A stretch of DNA of 56,590 nucleotides, the filler included, from Sphacelaria rigidula (lineage: Eukaryota), in the NCBI GenBank assembly GCA_964200075.2. It is 4 parts of 4 records of this genome, joined end to end, with 100 filler letters (N's around TTAATTAATTAA, not from the genome) between each part and the next. Parts side by side here need not be neighbours in the genome. Positions count along the whole stretch, not along the records: positions 14,177 to 28,252 come from CAXNAA020002473.1; positions 28,353 to 42,423 come from CAXNAA020002474.1; 2 more parts are not named here. The stretch is one strand, 5' to 3'. Below, one piece after another: positions 25,115 through 38,500 of this stretch. Made by a program: the position numbers and the translations under genes. A model generated the notes under the pieces. The model was given only the letters and a program-made list of their open reading frames with translations. It did no database searches and was not told the origin of the DNA. The number at the start of each line of letters is the position of its first letter. The first letter of the stretch is position 1.

Positions 25115-28100
25115 AACCAGCTGTCGGCAGAAAACTTTCGTGTCCTTTGCCAGGGTGTATGGCCCACGAGTACCGTTGATGTCCTTTTTGTTTCTCTTAT
25201 ATGTTCAAAGAGGGCAGGATTATGTGTTTCATAGACGTCCACGTCGTTTCCCGTCCCGTCGTCAGCGCCAGCGGAATTTTGCGGTCTGTGTTGGGGATGG
25301 GGGGGGAAGTTGTGTGATGTGGTTCAATGTCATCTCGTCCCTGTGGATATGAAGTGCTGTGGATGTGTTCTGTGTGTGTCTGAGTGTGTAATGGTCATGA
25401 AGACAGCCATTTCGCCATGAACATCGTATTTTATCGTGAGATGACTTATTGTGTACAACTATTACAGCGTACTTTTTTCGTGCATACCCTTGAAGAGTTG
25501 ATTGTACATGATCGACATACAGATGAAACCCGGCTTTTTGTTTTCGGAGTTACCAAAAGAGAAAAACAAGGGGAAGATATCATATGAAATGGGATGAATT
25601 AAGTGAAAATAGGGGGGGTGGGGAGACAACGAGGTCATTTGCGGCCCCCATACACAACGAGTAGCCGGCGTGATGATGTGGATGAAAGGCAACCTGCTTT
25701 TCGTTTGTTGTTTTTTCCTTGATTAATTTTCGCCCGGGATATTTTGGTATCATGTTTTTTTTGTAGGAGGCGGTCATTTCTTCACTGAATGGTTGCACGA
25801 ATTGATTGCGGGAAATTGCACGAATCACGAGAAAATAGTACCTGCTACAGAAGGAGGTACAGAAGGAGGTTGAGGCGCGACGTCGTATTGCCGATGTTCC
25901 CCCTTCTCTGAGCGTGGGTGCTGTGTTTGGTCAGTCTAGGATGTTGTGGTTATATACCACACTGTACGTCGACCAATTGCACTATCCCTCGACTAATTGC
26001 GGATGGGTTGAGTTGCAAATTTGCAAGGCATTCTTTGGAGGGTTGTAACTCTCTTTTTCGTCCCTCAGAGAAGTAGGGAGGGTCAATCACGGGGGGTGGG
26101 CGGGTGAGGATATTGGGAAGGATACTCTCTCCCAGAGTAAGAGTTGGAAGGAGACTGTGGAATATTGGGCATCGTGAGTTGTTTCCTTTGCGTATATCGC
26201 AAAAAAAAGTCGATTTTGATGAGTATATGTATGTATGATGATTTTCGTGTTGGAGTCATCGTTGAAATCGTCTTTGCTTGTTTTTGCCTCTGGATACAGT
26301 ACGTTCGTACTGAAGGTGTACCATAGACTTCTTTGACACGAGTAGATGTTATGGATATGCTGCACGTTTGTACTAAAATCGTAACATAGAGATGCCACGG
26401 GTGGATAAAATCTTTGGTTTGTATAGTGAAAACTGTATCGACTGTGTTATACATATAAATACATTGCAAATGAAGGAGTTGCACAGAACAAGAGGTGGTC
26501 CCATGTGTATGTATCATCATCATCATGCTTTGATCTGAGCAGGCGGGCGTTTGAATTTTACTTTTCGTGAGATGCATTTCTTTTAGCCAAATTGTTGGAA
26601 TAATTATTGCGTTCTTTTGTTTATAGTTTGATTTTAGTTTCTTTTTGGCCTAATTTTTTCGAGAAAGCTCGGATTTTTTCTTTACTCGAGATGGTCATGT
26701 TCGGGTGGTGGTGAAGAAAACTTGAATGTTCTGACACTTTGTCTGCGCCCTGTACCGTTTGTCTCTTGAGCTTTTTGCAAAATAGGCATCGATATTCATT
26801 CAAGATCCTTCGATTTCCGATGGTGGATTGGTAACATTAGCATGACTCACGTAGGTGACACATTCCGCATTTTTCTTATAGGAAGCGGGATCCAGATTAC
26901 CTGTACCACTTACCCCCACGCACCAGTAGATCCGTTTCGGCGACGAATGAGCGTACACATACCTGCAGAAATATCAGTCATTGCACATTAGCATTAGCGG
27001 TATATCGGATCTGTGCTGGGCGGCGCATCTCGTACCAGCGCAGCGGTCATCCGGCATGTGTTTGATCTAGAGATGATCTATTGTGTTCTGTCGGTACATA
27101 TGGGGAAACAGTTGTAACGGCCTGTGTGCACGAATTTGCTACTGAAGCCTCGGTGAGAAGGTGGTAAAAAGGTCCACCGTCGTTTTGTGGTGCAGTGTGT
27201 GTGTTATTTTCGGCTGTGTGCTGTAGTATGACCTTAGAAGGCGGGCGAACAAAATGAGATGTATGGGGGGCGGAACATGACCTTCAGTAAGTAGTCTGTC
27301 CGTGATCTTTGGTAACGTACAAATGCACCACCGGCGTGAAGCCGTGTAAGGTATCTTCTTTTCCCCCCTCCCCCTTCGCTATATCCGTATTTTAGTGCAT
27401 GATGCTTATGGATAGGATGGGTGAAAGAGGTACGCGAGGAATCATGTATTAGTTCTGGAATTCCCTCCTTCATCCTTTCAATTGGAGTATATATGTGTGT
27501 GTGTGCGTTCCGAGTGAAGCTGGTGTCAAGCAGCCAAAAGGCGACGAAGGGAGGATGTGGCAGCCATCTGTTATATATATATATTATATACGGAGCGGTC
27601 GTGTGGCCATTGTGAATTGTTGGTGTGGAAGTGTACTGACGAGTGGAAGGGCAGAGTTCGGGATGGGGACATACGTATGCTACAGGGAATCATCAGCAAA
27701 TGCAATTGAACAACTATCTAACAGGAATATTGATGAGGAGAAATATTGATTTCGAAACTGTTATTTCATTCCTTCATCTTGTTTAGGTCGGCACGCCTTC
27801 TTCCTCTCACAACGATGAGTGTGAAGCAAGCAAGCAACCGGTCAGTTCTTCCTTTTATCATCACTCTTCATTCCTGCCGTCTACTTCATGTTGCTAGACT
27901 GTCAGTGACACTTGAACCCCAACACCCGTGCGGAAGGAAGGAGGCGTTTTCGCACAAGTGAAGCGAGTCGGTGGTACATGCATGAAGTATCCATACTCGT
28001 ATACCCAGCGGAAAATCATCACTACTACTATTATTGAAGAATGCAGTGGGAGCCCAGTTGGAAATCATGAAGTCGTATTTTTTCAATTTCCGTCGTGTCG

Positions 28101-28199
28101 TCGATTCGCTTGGACTGGGATGTACGAAACCGCGATAGGTGAAGAGAATGGAATTTGACGCGCAAACTCAGCTGCTGCTTTGTGAGACCTCTCCTGCTA

Positions 28200-28252
28200 A
28201 CAGCCAATCATCTATGTTCAGGATGGTGCTTTTGATTGAGGATGAGAACCCG
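28200..28252 (+). repeat. High-copy repeat end at contig break (copy 2)
   Basis: One mismatch to 14021-14073. Confidence 0.9.
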
Positions 28253-28352
28253 NNNNNNNNNNNNNNNNNNNNNNNNNNNNNNNNNNNNNNNNNNNNTTAA
28301 TTAATTAANNNNNNNNNNNNNNNNNNNNNNNNNNNNNNNNNNNNNNNNNNNN
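28253..28352. other. Artificial contig spacer
   Basis: 44 N + TTAATTAATTAA + 44 N. Confidence 0.97.
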
Positions 28353-28420
28353 AAGATTTTAATCCTCCGGGTTCTCATCCTCAATGAAAAGCACCATCCT
28401 CAACATAGATGATCGGCTGT
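28353..28420 (-). repeat. High-copy repeat end at contig break (copy 3, inverted)
   Basis: CTCCGGGTTCTCATCCTCAATGAAAAGCACCATCCTCAACATAGATGATCGGCTGT is the reverse complement of the 14021 repeat with two mismatches. Confidence 0.9.
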
Positions 28421-29053
28421 TAGCAGCAGCAGCAGCAATAACAACAGCAAACACAAACACACACAGCAAGACTTGAAGCCGCGGCACGATACACTACAGA
28501 CTGCACATCGAAAGTATGAGGCGTAGTAATCAGGTGGTCGACGACCACACCATCATCGTCTGTATTATGAATCTCACAACTATGTGCCTCTTATGTACTC
28601 CCGGTCCCGGCGTAGAGTAGGCGTTTTGAGTTGTGACAAAGGAATGGTTTTGAACCCAAAATGTCGAGTGTCTACCTCAGTCTACCAGCGGGGGGTGGCT
28701 GTCTAAGGGTTCGACGCGCTCTCACTTCCCGTGCATTTTTTATTTTCGTCTGCACCCCCAATAGTGTTGTGATGATGAAAATACCGTGTCAAAATTCCAG
28801 CGCCTAACTCTTTGAATTACCAAAGTCACATCGCCAGGATTCATTCAAAAATCACCGACAACTGGCCCAGCTCGCAACATTAAATAGAAAAATAAGATAG
28901 AAGTGAAACAAGAAGAAGGAAAAAGCTCAAGGGTCTTAGAGCAGCAGCGTAAATACAGACATACACTAGCGGGTAACGCAGAGCCACCGACAAAAACATA
29001 ATCAACAACCCGTGTGTCGCACTGTGTGTACGTCATCACTTCGGAGATTAGGT

Positions 29054-29469
29054 TCAACCAATGCACTAAGTCTGTTCTGCAGACCGTACCTTCCGATAAA
29101 TCCTACGCATGTACAAAAATACTTCATTATACCTAGGCAAGCGAGGGCAGTAGCAGCTATCCCCCTCACCCCCCTGACCAAACCTAGTTCTCTTCGGGAA
29201 TCAATGCCCGACAAAAAACAACTCAACACTTTCATAAAGTCTCACTCAGTACCAGATTCAAGCCATGCACTAAGTCAGTTCTGCAGACCTTATCTCTCGA
29301 TAAACCCTTCCCAGTATTTCATTATACCAAACGAAGTGAGGGTAGTGGCAGCCATCCCCCTCGTAGTGGCAGCCATCCCCCTCATCCCTCTGACCAAACT
29401 TGGGATCTCCGTCGCCCAATAACCGATAAACGACAACTAAAAATTTCTATGCAGTCTCACTCAGTACCA
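29054..29469. repeat. Diverged ~200-bp tandem duplication
   Basis: Units ~29054-29254 and ~29257-29469 both contain ATGCACTAAGTC...TTCTGCAGACC near the start and end in AGTCTCACTCAGTACCA. The ORF track shows the echo ALSLFCRPYLPINP / ALSQFCRPYLSINP. Confidence 0.85.
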
Positions 29470-29599
29470 TGTGTTCCAAGAACAAGCCCTGCCCGCGTGG
29501 AGAATCGAGAAGTCACTGCACGTGAGATCCGGGGGCGCCATTGCCAGTAATCCGGGCTCAAACTGCACATCATTTCTTACAGGGTAACCTCTGACTCAA

Positions 29600-32500
29600 T
29601 CATGAGGCACATCTCAGCATTTTTAGACAGTCCTCTTCACGTGCATGAAGATCGGCATTTTCCATCTCAATATTTTCGAACAAGATCGAACGAGGGTCTG
29701 TGCATTGATCAAGGATTACGAATCCGCATAATATCTGGCGTTTACTGTTTGTCCAGAGCAGCCTCTCAAAATACCGCAACAGTCCAGTCCAGCTGGTAGC
29801 ATAGAGTTGAAAACCGCAGTAGCGAGACCTTACAAAAAGCGAAAGAAAATCATAGAGTAAAAGGTCGTGAACGCAAATGTACCGCATTGCAAATAGTCAT
29901 TCTTCAAACGCTTCAATACGAAAGCTACTCCCAAAAAGCGAATAAATTTCACCTTCGGCCAAGCCGCGAGGGTAGCGGGGTGTAGGGCTACATACCAGCG
30001 GTAAATATTTCCGGTGTTCTTGTAACGGTCGCACCCGAAGGCTGGCGGCGTGAAGAATATTATTTTCGCCATGGAGAACAACGAGTGGAACATAGAACAA
30101 AACCACAGTTACAAATCTCAGAAAACGCCCAGTTTGTACCATAACCGTGGCGAAGATGGAGCTGCGAATTCAAACGGTCGCGGAAGCAACGTACAACACC
30201 GAAGCTACCTGGGAAGCTCGAGCCCAATTCACCTTCGGACAAGCCGCGAAGGGTTGTACGATGTACCGCTCCATACCAACGGCAAATTGCCTCGCTAATC
30301 CTACAATGATCGCCTGCGAACGTCGGCCCAGTGAGCTATAATTTCTTCCTGTGCCGAGTGGTGAACGGAAGATGACTGATTGTTTCCCCCGCTTCTTGTG
30401 ACAAATACGCAACAAACGGCTGTTTGTATCAAATGCGTGACAAAAGCTATGGCGATCAACACCAAATCGCGTAAAAAATATAGAAAACGGTGCCACGGGG
30501 AAGGTGACATGAGCCGCTCAATGCCACACCAAACTCTCTTGCGAAGGAAACGTGGGAATCGCAGGAACCAGAGTTGTTCACATATGATACCGCTTTTCAC
30601 CTCTGTCAGGTGTCGGTAGTTCGTAGCATACCTTGACTGGCTCTTGCTCTTGTTAGGAGATAAACACACTTCAAATGAGACTATAAATACACTCAATGGC
30701 ACGACCGACATTTAACGCCGAGAGAGAATTAAATGATTAAACCTACATTGTGCAGAAAATACAGAAGATACATACCAATTTCATCAGTGCCGAACTGCCA
30801 GCGAGGAAACGAGCAGAGACGTAGCCACGGGCCACACAAACCAGTGCATACCCAACTTAATAACCTGCTCAATACTAAGCTCAGCTCCTCTCCAGTTTGT
30901 GCTCCAAGTACTTTCAAGAGACCCACACCAGGGTGACGTAGTCAACTGGCCCGCACTACATTCCGCAGCTACCATCAGGTCGCTCAACATAAACCGGGTA
31001 CTGCCGAATGAGTGGTGAGGGAAGACTCACTCGATTTGAGACAAGTCTCGTTGATGCCACCCTCATATACGTTGTCCATTATAGTTATGTTGAACGAATC
31101 ATGAAGTGTCAACGCTTTCGTGCCCTTGAAGGTGTTGCCTGAAACCAAAGAGGAACGATCGTTGTGGGCAGCGAGGGGTACAGAACGACGGCGGCGAAAG
31201 GGAAAACATATTGCTGTCGGGAGCATATGTATCGTGTGGCGCGGCCACAGACTACGTGGCTATAGTCCATGACAACTCAGCACCGGATAATCTCTGATCT
31301 ATCTACCCGAGACCGCCATTCGTGACACGAGAGGGTTGAGCGCATCCGTATTATGAACCGAGCACTCAGTTGACTCGTACCACGAATCCCGACAACACAC
31401 ATCAAAATCACCGCATCATTATTTTGCTTCTTTTGTCCGTCTGTGGATATCCAAACACGCGATTCGGATAAAGTCTCGAAGCCTTTCGTTACATGTCCAA
31501 AGACCGATGGCGGGAAGACTACTGACCCTACCTACTGTGACTGAGCCTTGCGCGTTACTCCAGGTTTTAGAAGAACGGGGACTCGGGAACCGAGGACGGA
31601 CGGAATCAGGAACCTGTAACACTATAAAATATTACTCACCGCGCACAGTGTTGTAGTCGCCGTTGCTCAACCTGATCCCGTTCAATGAGCCGGCGACAAA
31701 GTTGTTGTAGAACGCGTTGTCAGAGGAGCGCCCGCCTGTCGTCCACGGAACGTCGCTGCTTGATCTGTAGGTCACCATACCCTCTGTGGCGACGAACGCC
31801 GGTGGAAGAGCAAATGGGAGATCGCCGGGGGGGGGGGGGGAAGAGGGGCGCGGGGGGGGGGAGGGGGGATGAAAGATAGCGCACAGGATTAGTCACCACT
31901 GCTGACATCGCTGCGTTGATGGTGATGAGGATCAGGAGTGCCCGTTATAAAACGCACACCAGCTCAGACAAACCTGTGTACCAAGCTTCACACATCTTCA
32001 CCATGTTGCAGCAGGTTGCATTTGTTGGGCCTGAGAGTCGAGTCTGGCGCCGAAATTGACAAGTGTTAGAGCGGAAGGGAAAAGCAATCGACTCCGAAGT
32101 GAGCGAACCCATTGGAATAAACTCTTCTGCAGAGAACCAGGGAATCCCGAACAAGTCACCAACTCGGGTAAATTATGTGAGTGAGTCTTTGATTGACTAA
32201 TCGGGTGTCGCACGATAACGGATCCTCAAAGAATCCACCAGTGGTCACAAGATACACGTACCCACGACAAGACGGTAATAGTCCCTGAAAAAATAACGGG
32301 AAGGACAAAACCAGAAGGATAGAAGTATCAAAGCAATTGTTGTATTTAATGAAGAAATGTACGTTAAAAAATGAGAACTGAAAATATATTAAAATAAAAA
32401 CACACACTTTTAAAACCATTTATTTTGCACCATAAAACATGATCAAAACCATTATCTTCGTTGTTGCTACCTAATGGATGAAATAGAGGATGGAACTATC

Positions 32501-35500
32501 AAAATAACAAAAGAAACAGCGTGTACAACTTGCCAGTATTATTTTCGAAGACGTTGCTGAACACCATGTTGTAGTCGCCCCCGAGTATGATTCGGACCCC
32601 GGTGTGCTGGTTGACAAACCTGTTGTCGTGGATCATGCAGGCTTGAGATTCCATGATTGACACTCCAGCGTGTGCGTTGTCGTGCACGTAGTTGCCTGTT
32701 TCACAACACGAACGCAGTCGGGGAGGTGCAAGAACATGGAAGAAACTCCAGAGTTGTTGAGAGACTCCGTCCTCCCCAGGGTGTTTCTTTCCACCACGAG
32801 CGGGAACGAAAAACAACTTCACCACCGCAGCGGAACTTGACTCTTTCCACAAGGACCCCCAGCGGCAAAGGCCCTATTTTTCTGCGCAAAAAAGGGATCA
32901 TCAATACAAATATTATGGTTCCGATGGCGACTTCGTAGCCCAAGTTGAATCCTTGACTCGTGCAAATATCCCAGACTCACGAAAAAAATAATATCATAGG
33001 TTTGGGTCAGGCTTATTGACAGGGTCAGGGTTCGGATTGTGTTTTTTTCATGACACCACACGTCGACGCGATCGTCAACAGCTCCCAGGGCTACGTCAAA
33101 GTCAAGTCCTGTTCACCCATCCGATACCTCCGTGTTCCGTGTACGGAATGATTTTGCGTGGAGGACTTACGGGAGAGTGAGAGGAACATCACACCCATTT
33201 TGGGTTTCGTCACTATGGCACGGTACGAACAGGCGAGAGAAGAACACACACGAACAAACGAGAATGAAACAACGCACCGAACGCTGCGCTGTAGTCGCAG
33301 CCACGGTGGAAGTAGATACCGCTTTTTTCGTTGTTGTACACCTCGTTGTTGAAGACCTGAACATTGTTGCAACGCTTGGAGGCGATTATCCCTGCATGCA
33401 ACCGCCATGCAACGCAGCATTTGTAGCAGCAGAAACCACTCAGACACAAACAGACACGGTATTTTATGCATGGTTGGGGCTAAAGGACTGCATTTTGGAC
33501 GGTTCTAGGAATACAACACAAGTAGACGGGACGAATGTGCGGAAATATGAACAATAACAATAACAATAATAATAATAATAACAAAAATAAAAATAAAAAT
33601 AAAAAGCATAATAATAAGCATAATAATAAGCATAATAATAAGCATAATAATAACGATGATGATAATAATAATAATAATGATAATAATGATAATGATAATA
33701 ATGCAACAGCATGCCCAGCCTACGCATCCATTGTGGCAAGAGTGACGGCTGGCAGTGACGAGCAACAACCAAGTGAGAAAAGGGTCATCACCATAAACGA
33801 TGAGGAACGCGGAATACCCACCATGGTTTTGGTTGTTGTAGACCTTGTTGTGGGAGATGGTGAGGTAGTCGCTGTCATCGTGGGGGTCGAATCTGATATC
33901 CCGTGATGAGCGTTCGGTGCAGTTTCCCCCCGAAATTGTCCGGGAATTGCGGCACCACAGTGCCAAAACAGCAGTATGATGGCACAAGAAACAGAGAATA
34001 GTGTGAGAACACGATGGGTGGACGTATTGACAACGTTCGCTTACATGTAAAAGTACAGGCCACTCCTGAACCATGCAAAATCTCAGGTGAACTTAGTACT
34101 GTAAAAATCGAGAACTCCGGATGAAGCCTCCACGACGTCGCGATTCCGGCGACGTAGCCACCGCTAGCAACAAATCGTTGACCCTGAGAACTTGTCACGT
34201 GGTAACTGGTGTGCTCCTTCAGCTACGTTTAGTTGCTACAGTATGCCTCTGCAATAAATCAAATACGACGTGCATACAACCTTTGGTTAAAGATACAACT
34301 TCGGTGAAGGGAGCAGCGGGATGCCCAGAGTGTCCAACGTCCGTTAGCCTAGACATTCTGAGGCTGTATCGGTCACGGCAGCAGGAATTTTGCCATTCGC
34401 GGCACTTCGTTGCGATCAGCAGCCGGACAACATGTTGTCTCGAAGAGAACAGGAATTGCTCTTCAAGACTCTGGAGGTTACAAGTCTAACCACGGGCCGG
34501 GTGTACTAACCATGGGCGGTGGCATACCTGAACTCCTCAGCAGAGTAAGGGACGAATACTGAACTCACCCGTACTGATGGTTGTCCCGCATGATATTGTA
34601 GCTCCAGTTGCCGTCCTGGTGGCCGAAGCTGTACATGCCTGACCATTCGTCGGGGCAACAGAAGATCGAGCTCGATGGTTACATATACACGATAGATGTC
34701 TCTCACTGTACCATACTATTGAGCAAAAAGAGGGTTCTTTGCGAACAGCTTCAACAAATGGATCCTCTTGCCAATTTTCTAAGAGTGCGCGAAAAGAGGA
34801 TGTATTTCGGATTGCTTCTGCTGTACAAATCCCATACCCTCACAGATTCAGAATTTGCACAGCAGAAGCTGCTCGAAATAAATCGTCACTTCGCCCGTCA
34901 ATTCATCCAGATATTGGGCAAAAAGATAACTAATTGCGAACAGCCTCAGCTAGAGGCTGTGCAAGTCCCACATACTGTACCGTGATTGGCGTATCAGATT
35001 CGAGAGGCACACGAAATTGTTAAAAACTCATCATTTTGCCCCCCGACTCACATGTCACTCGAGGCAATGAGGGAATTCCCAAGAGCGCGTGCTGCCTGCA
35101 AATCCCATACACTGACTGCGAGTGTATGTCCACACGACTGAGCTCAGCTGTGGTAGTGGTGCGGCTACAGCATTTATCTCCCTAGACTGTACATGACAGT
35201 CCTGGAAACCCCGTAGTCCCGTGCTTACCGACACGACAGCCACGATAACAAGATATAGCAGGGCTATCGCCACAACAATACGCACGGTATGGTGCTGTAC
35301 TGGACTCTACAGTACCGTCCAGAAGAGCACCATAACGTGCAGATAGGTGGGGTGGCCTATACACTAAAGAGTTAGCACGGCGGCATGCGCTATACGTATG
35401 GCAATACAATGCGGATGCTTGTCAGTTTAGATATGGGTATATGGGGGTGTTGTATACCGTCATGTAGCCGAGGGAGGTGGATCGTTCGTTTAGAAAATTC

Positions 35501-38500
35501 AACTGTTTAGTTCTCACAGCCCTTGTTCATTTCCGTGCATGTTGTCAACGGGACTGTGCGGACGACATTCAGTACAATAGAGCAACGAAGGCCAGCTATG
35601 ATCGGGTTTGCCTGCTGTACTGTCGCCAGCGTTGCTTGAAAGCCATACAGTCTTTTGCGGTCGGCGGGTGATGGCGTGGGTGTCAAATGTATCGGCACGT
35701 GTTTGATCATAAAGCACTCTTGTTCCTCGTTGGGTCATGTCTCGCCCCAGCTTGTAATGATTCCGGGAAGCTGCTGTACCGCGGGCTTCACGCAGCGGGT
35801 ATGTGCTCCAGATTGCAGCACGGACGCACCCCTCTTCGCCACGCTAGCAACAGTTAGGTCACCACCATAGGTATCGTTTTTCACTCCGCATGTCAAGAAG
35901 GTCTCCACAAGTGTTTGATCTGTCATACACCCCCCGGACTGGCGTGTGGCACGCTCTTGTCGTCGGGCACCTAGATGGTCACATATCGAGTAAAATCAAT
36001 GATGAATAGCACCCCCCAAGTTCCATTTGGATCTGCTATTGCCGCAGCACCGTCCTTCCTGGCATGTGTGTGACAGAGAACAGTAACGGTGGCGGGAACA
36101 TAGCCCCCTTTTTCAACGACATGTTCTGCAGCGCACAAAGGCGCGTCCCGTCCAAAAAGAGAGACAGAGAGAAAACGATCTTCGCATTGGTGAGCTCCAC
36201 AGACACGAAGAGGCGGCATCCCTCCGCACCTCGATCTTCTTTGGGGGTCTGTGGCAGGCTGTGCAGCAATTCAACATACCTACCGGCACACGAGACATTC
36301 GGTACATGCTGATGACATGAATGATGCCAGTCTCTCGAGGGATTGGTGATCGCCGAGCGAGGACACACAAAGACGCGGGCGAGGACTTTCCTCTCTGCCG
36401 TTGCTTTCCTCTCTGTGATATCGTCATTGACACCCGTGTACACCGCATTCGTTCGGTGCACCTAACCACAACTGCTTGACTGCTGCATAAATTTGGGGAG
36501 CAAAATGGTTTCGCTCGGTGCAACTGTTTCGCGCCATCCCTGCTAGAAAGACATGCCACTTGAACCTCATTTTAGAGACCAACCCCAAAAATAAGGATTA
36601 ACTGTCTTGTTGTGTGAATGAACATCATGACGGGGTCTGATATATTGTGCCAACATTGAAATCCTGTGGATGACATGGTTCTGAAATCCTATTTTTGCTA
36701 CAGCATATATGGAAATTTTGCAGCGCGGGGGCTGTTCGCGGCGAATCCTCGTTTTCCCCAATTTTCATCAATTTTTGCTTTTCAAACGCAAAATTGGGAA
36801 AAACGAGGATTTGCATCGTTTCTCATCTTCATGTTCTCGTTTTTCCCAATCCGGATTTTTTTCTAAGTTCAAAATAGAGAAAAATGAGGAGCAACCCCGG
36901 ACAGCCCTTGCTGTAAAATCCTACGAGTATACACGAGCATATGGGAGATGTACAGGAGTTAGCGTCAGAAGTATGCAGAATTCGTAATCTCTTGGTTTCT
37001 CAAAGATTTTCCTAATTCGTTTCGCTGACCACCGCTCATCACAGTGAGTGTTGAATGCCAGAAAACAGGCATCTGGAGGTATTCAATTGATTTAGACAAT
37101 TATTGAAAGAAAAAATATCGGCGATCAATATCGAGTGACTCACGGGCTTGACCGATGCTTCGGGGGTCCTGCGAAAGTGCAACCTCAAGTTCTAGCTTTT
37201 CGAGTATTTTCCGTGGACCGAACCGATCCCGATATTATAACTGACAATAAAAAATTGACTGTTTTTGTTTTTAATTTCACCTAGACACTGCGCTGAAGCC
37301 GGAAAACTATGTTTTTTTGGACCATTCACGGTCAATAACACCCTCCTGATAAACGGGGCCTTTACTCCCTATCACCCCACAACACCAACTTGTGCGTTGT
37401 GATTTGAGCACGGTCTACTTGTTTTGCCTAAACTATCGACGCCACCACTTTCGAGTGCTCATGGAAAATCTTATGCGAGAAAAAAACGAAATGAGGTCAT
37501 CCGCAGAAAATATTAGACTGGGGCCTGTGCAGTATAGGAGGGGAACACCATCTCGATCACTACTGTGAATAAATCGTTACGTATTCATTCATCTGGATTT
37601 GCCTTTTCGTTGCGGAAGAGCCGAAAAACTATTTTTATTGATCCAAAAACGGTCAATAACACCCTCCTGAGAAACAGAGTATCTACTCCGTATCGCCCCT
37701 AAAACACCAACTTGGGCACTGCAGGTTGAGCGCGGCCTACGCATTCCCCTTAATTCTACCGGCGCTAGCACTTTCAAGTAGTAGTGAAGAATAGTACTCG
37801 AAAAAAACTCAAAAACTACAACAACGATGAATTCTGGAAACTTCTGATGCTGACTACTATACAGCAAGGGTTTCTCGGACGTCCTCCTTTTGGCCACTAA
37901 TTTGACTTGAAAGTGGGAAAAAAGAGGACTTGCGAGCAGTCTTGCTGTCCAAATCCGATATACTATGCCGTTGCCGGCGTATGACACTCAAACTGCAGAG
38001 ATTGTCGAAACCCGTCTCGCCTCCCAACCGAATCAGTTGGGCAGGAACGGAACTTTTCGACAGCCTCTGCTGTTGAAATTTCATACACGACTGCAAGTGC
38101 CTGTCTAATCAGCAGTAATTACATCACTAGGCTGTTTGTGCGGGCGATTGAACATATCCCCTCAGTAATTAAACTGATGGAGTTTGAGAATCCTGTCGTC
38201 CGTTCTCTACCCATCGTATTTGGCATCTGCAGGGTAAATACACCACACCGTGGCTTCAGTATTTTGATAGATGTACGAGTCACTAACCTTACGATTGGTA
38301 GACAACGGACTACGAGGTTTTTATAACTCACGTCTATACATATGCGAATTATGTACCGTGTGGTCACCACCACCACAGTCGCATCGAAGGCTTGATCCTT
38401 CGGGGCACAGCCGTGTAGACATGTACTCGTGGTCAGTGTATGGAATTTGTACACTGTGGAGGCTGTTGAAGAATTTTACTCCCTTCGCCCGTTTGATATG

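Noticed and set aside
18250-25242. Numerous antisense and alternate-frame ORFs over the MYB exons
   Set aside because: Expected shadows of GC-rich low-complexity coding sequence; no domain signal.
28200-28420. Intact transposon with TIRs spanning the gap
   Set aside because: The gap is an artificial join between size-sorted contigs; the two inverted ends need not belong to the same insertion.
33464-34074. Poly-Ile, poly-Tyr and poly-Asn ORFs as real proteins
   Set aside because: They arise from the intronic AAT microsatellite; only 33822-33892 is a true exon.
35229-35294. Hydrophobic signal-peptide-like cryptic exon (VRIVVAIALLYLVIVAVVS|GTAAGC) in the long epimerase intron
   Set aside because: No in-frame ATG, and this phase-0 reading does not fit the phase-1 intron; probably chance.
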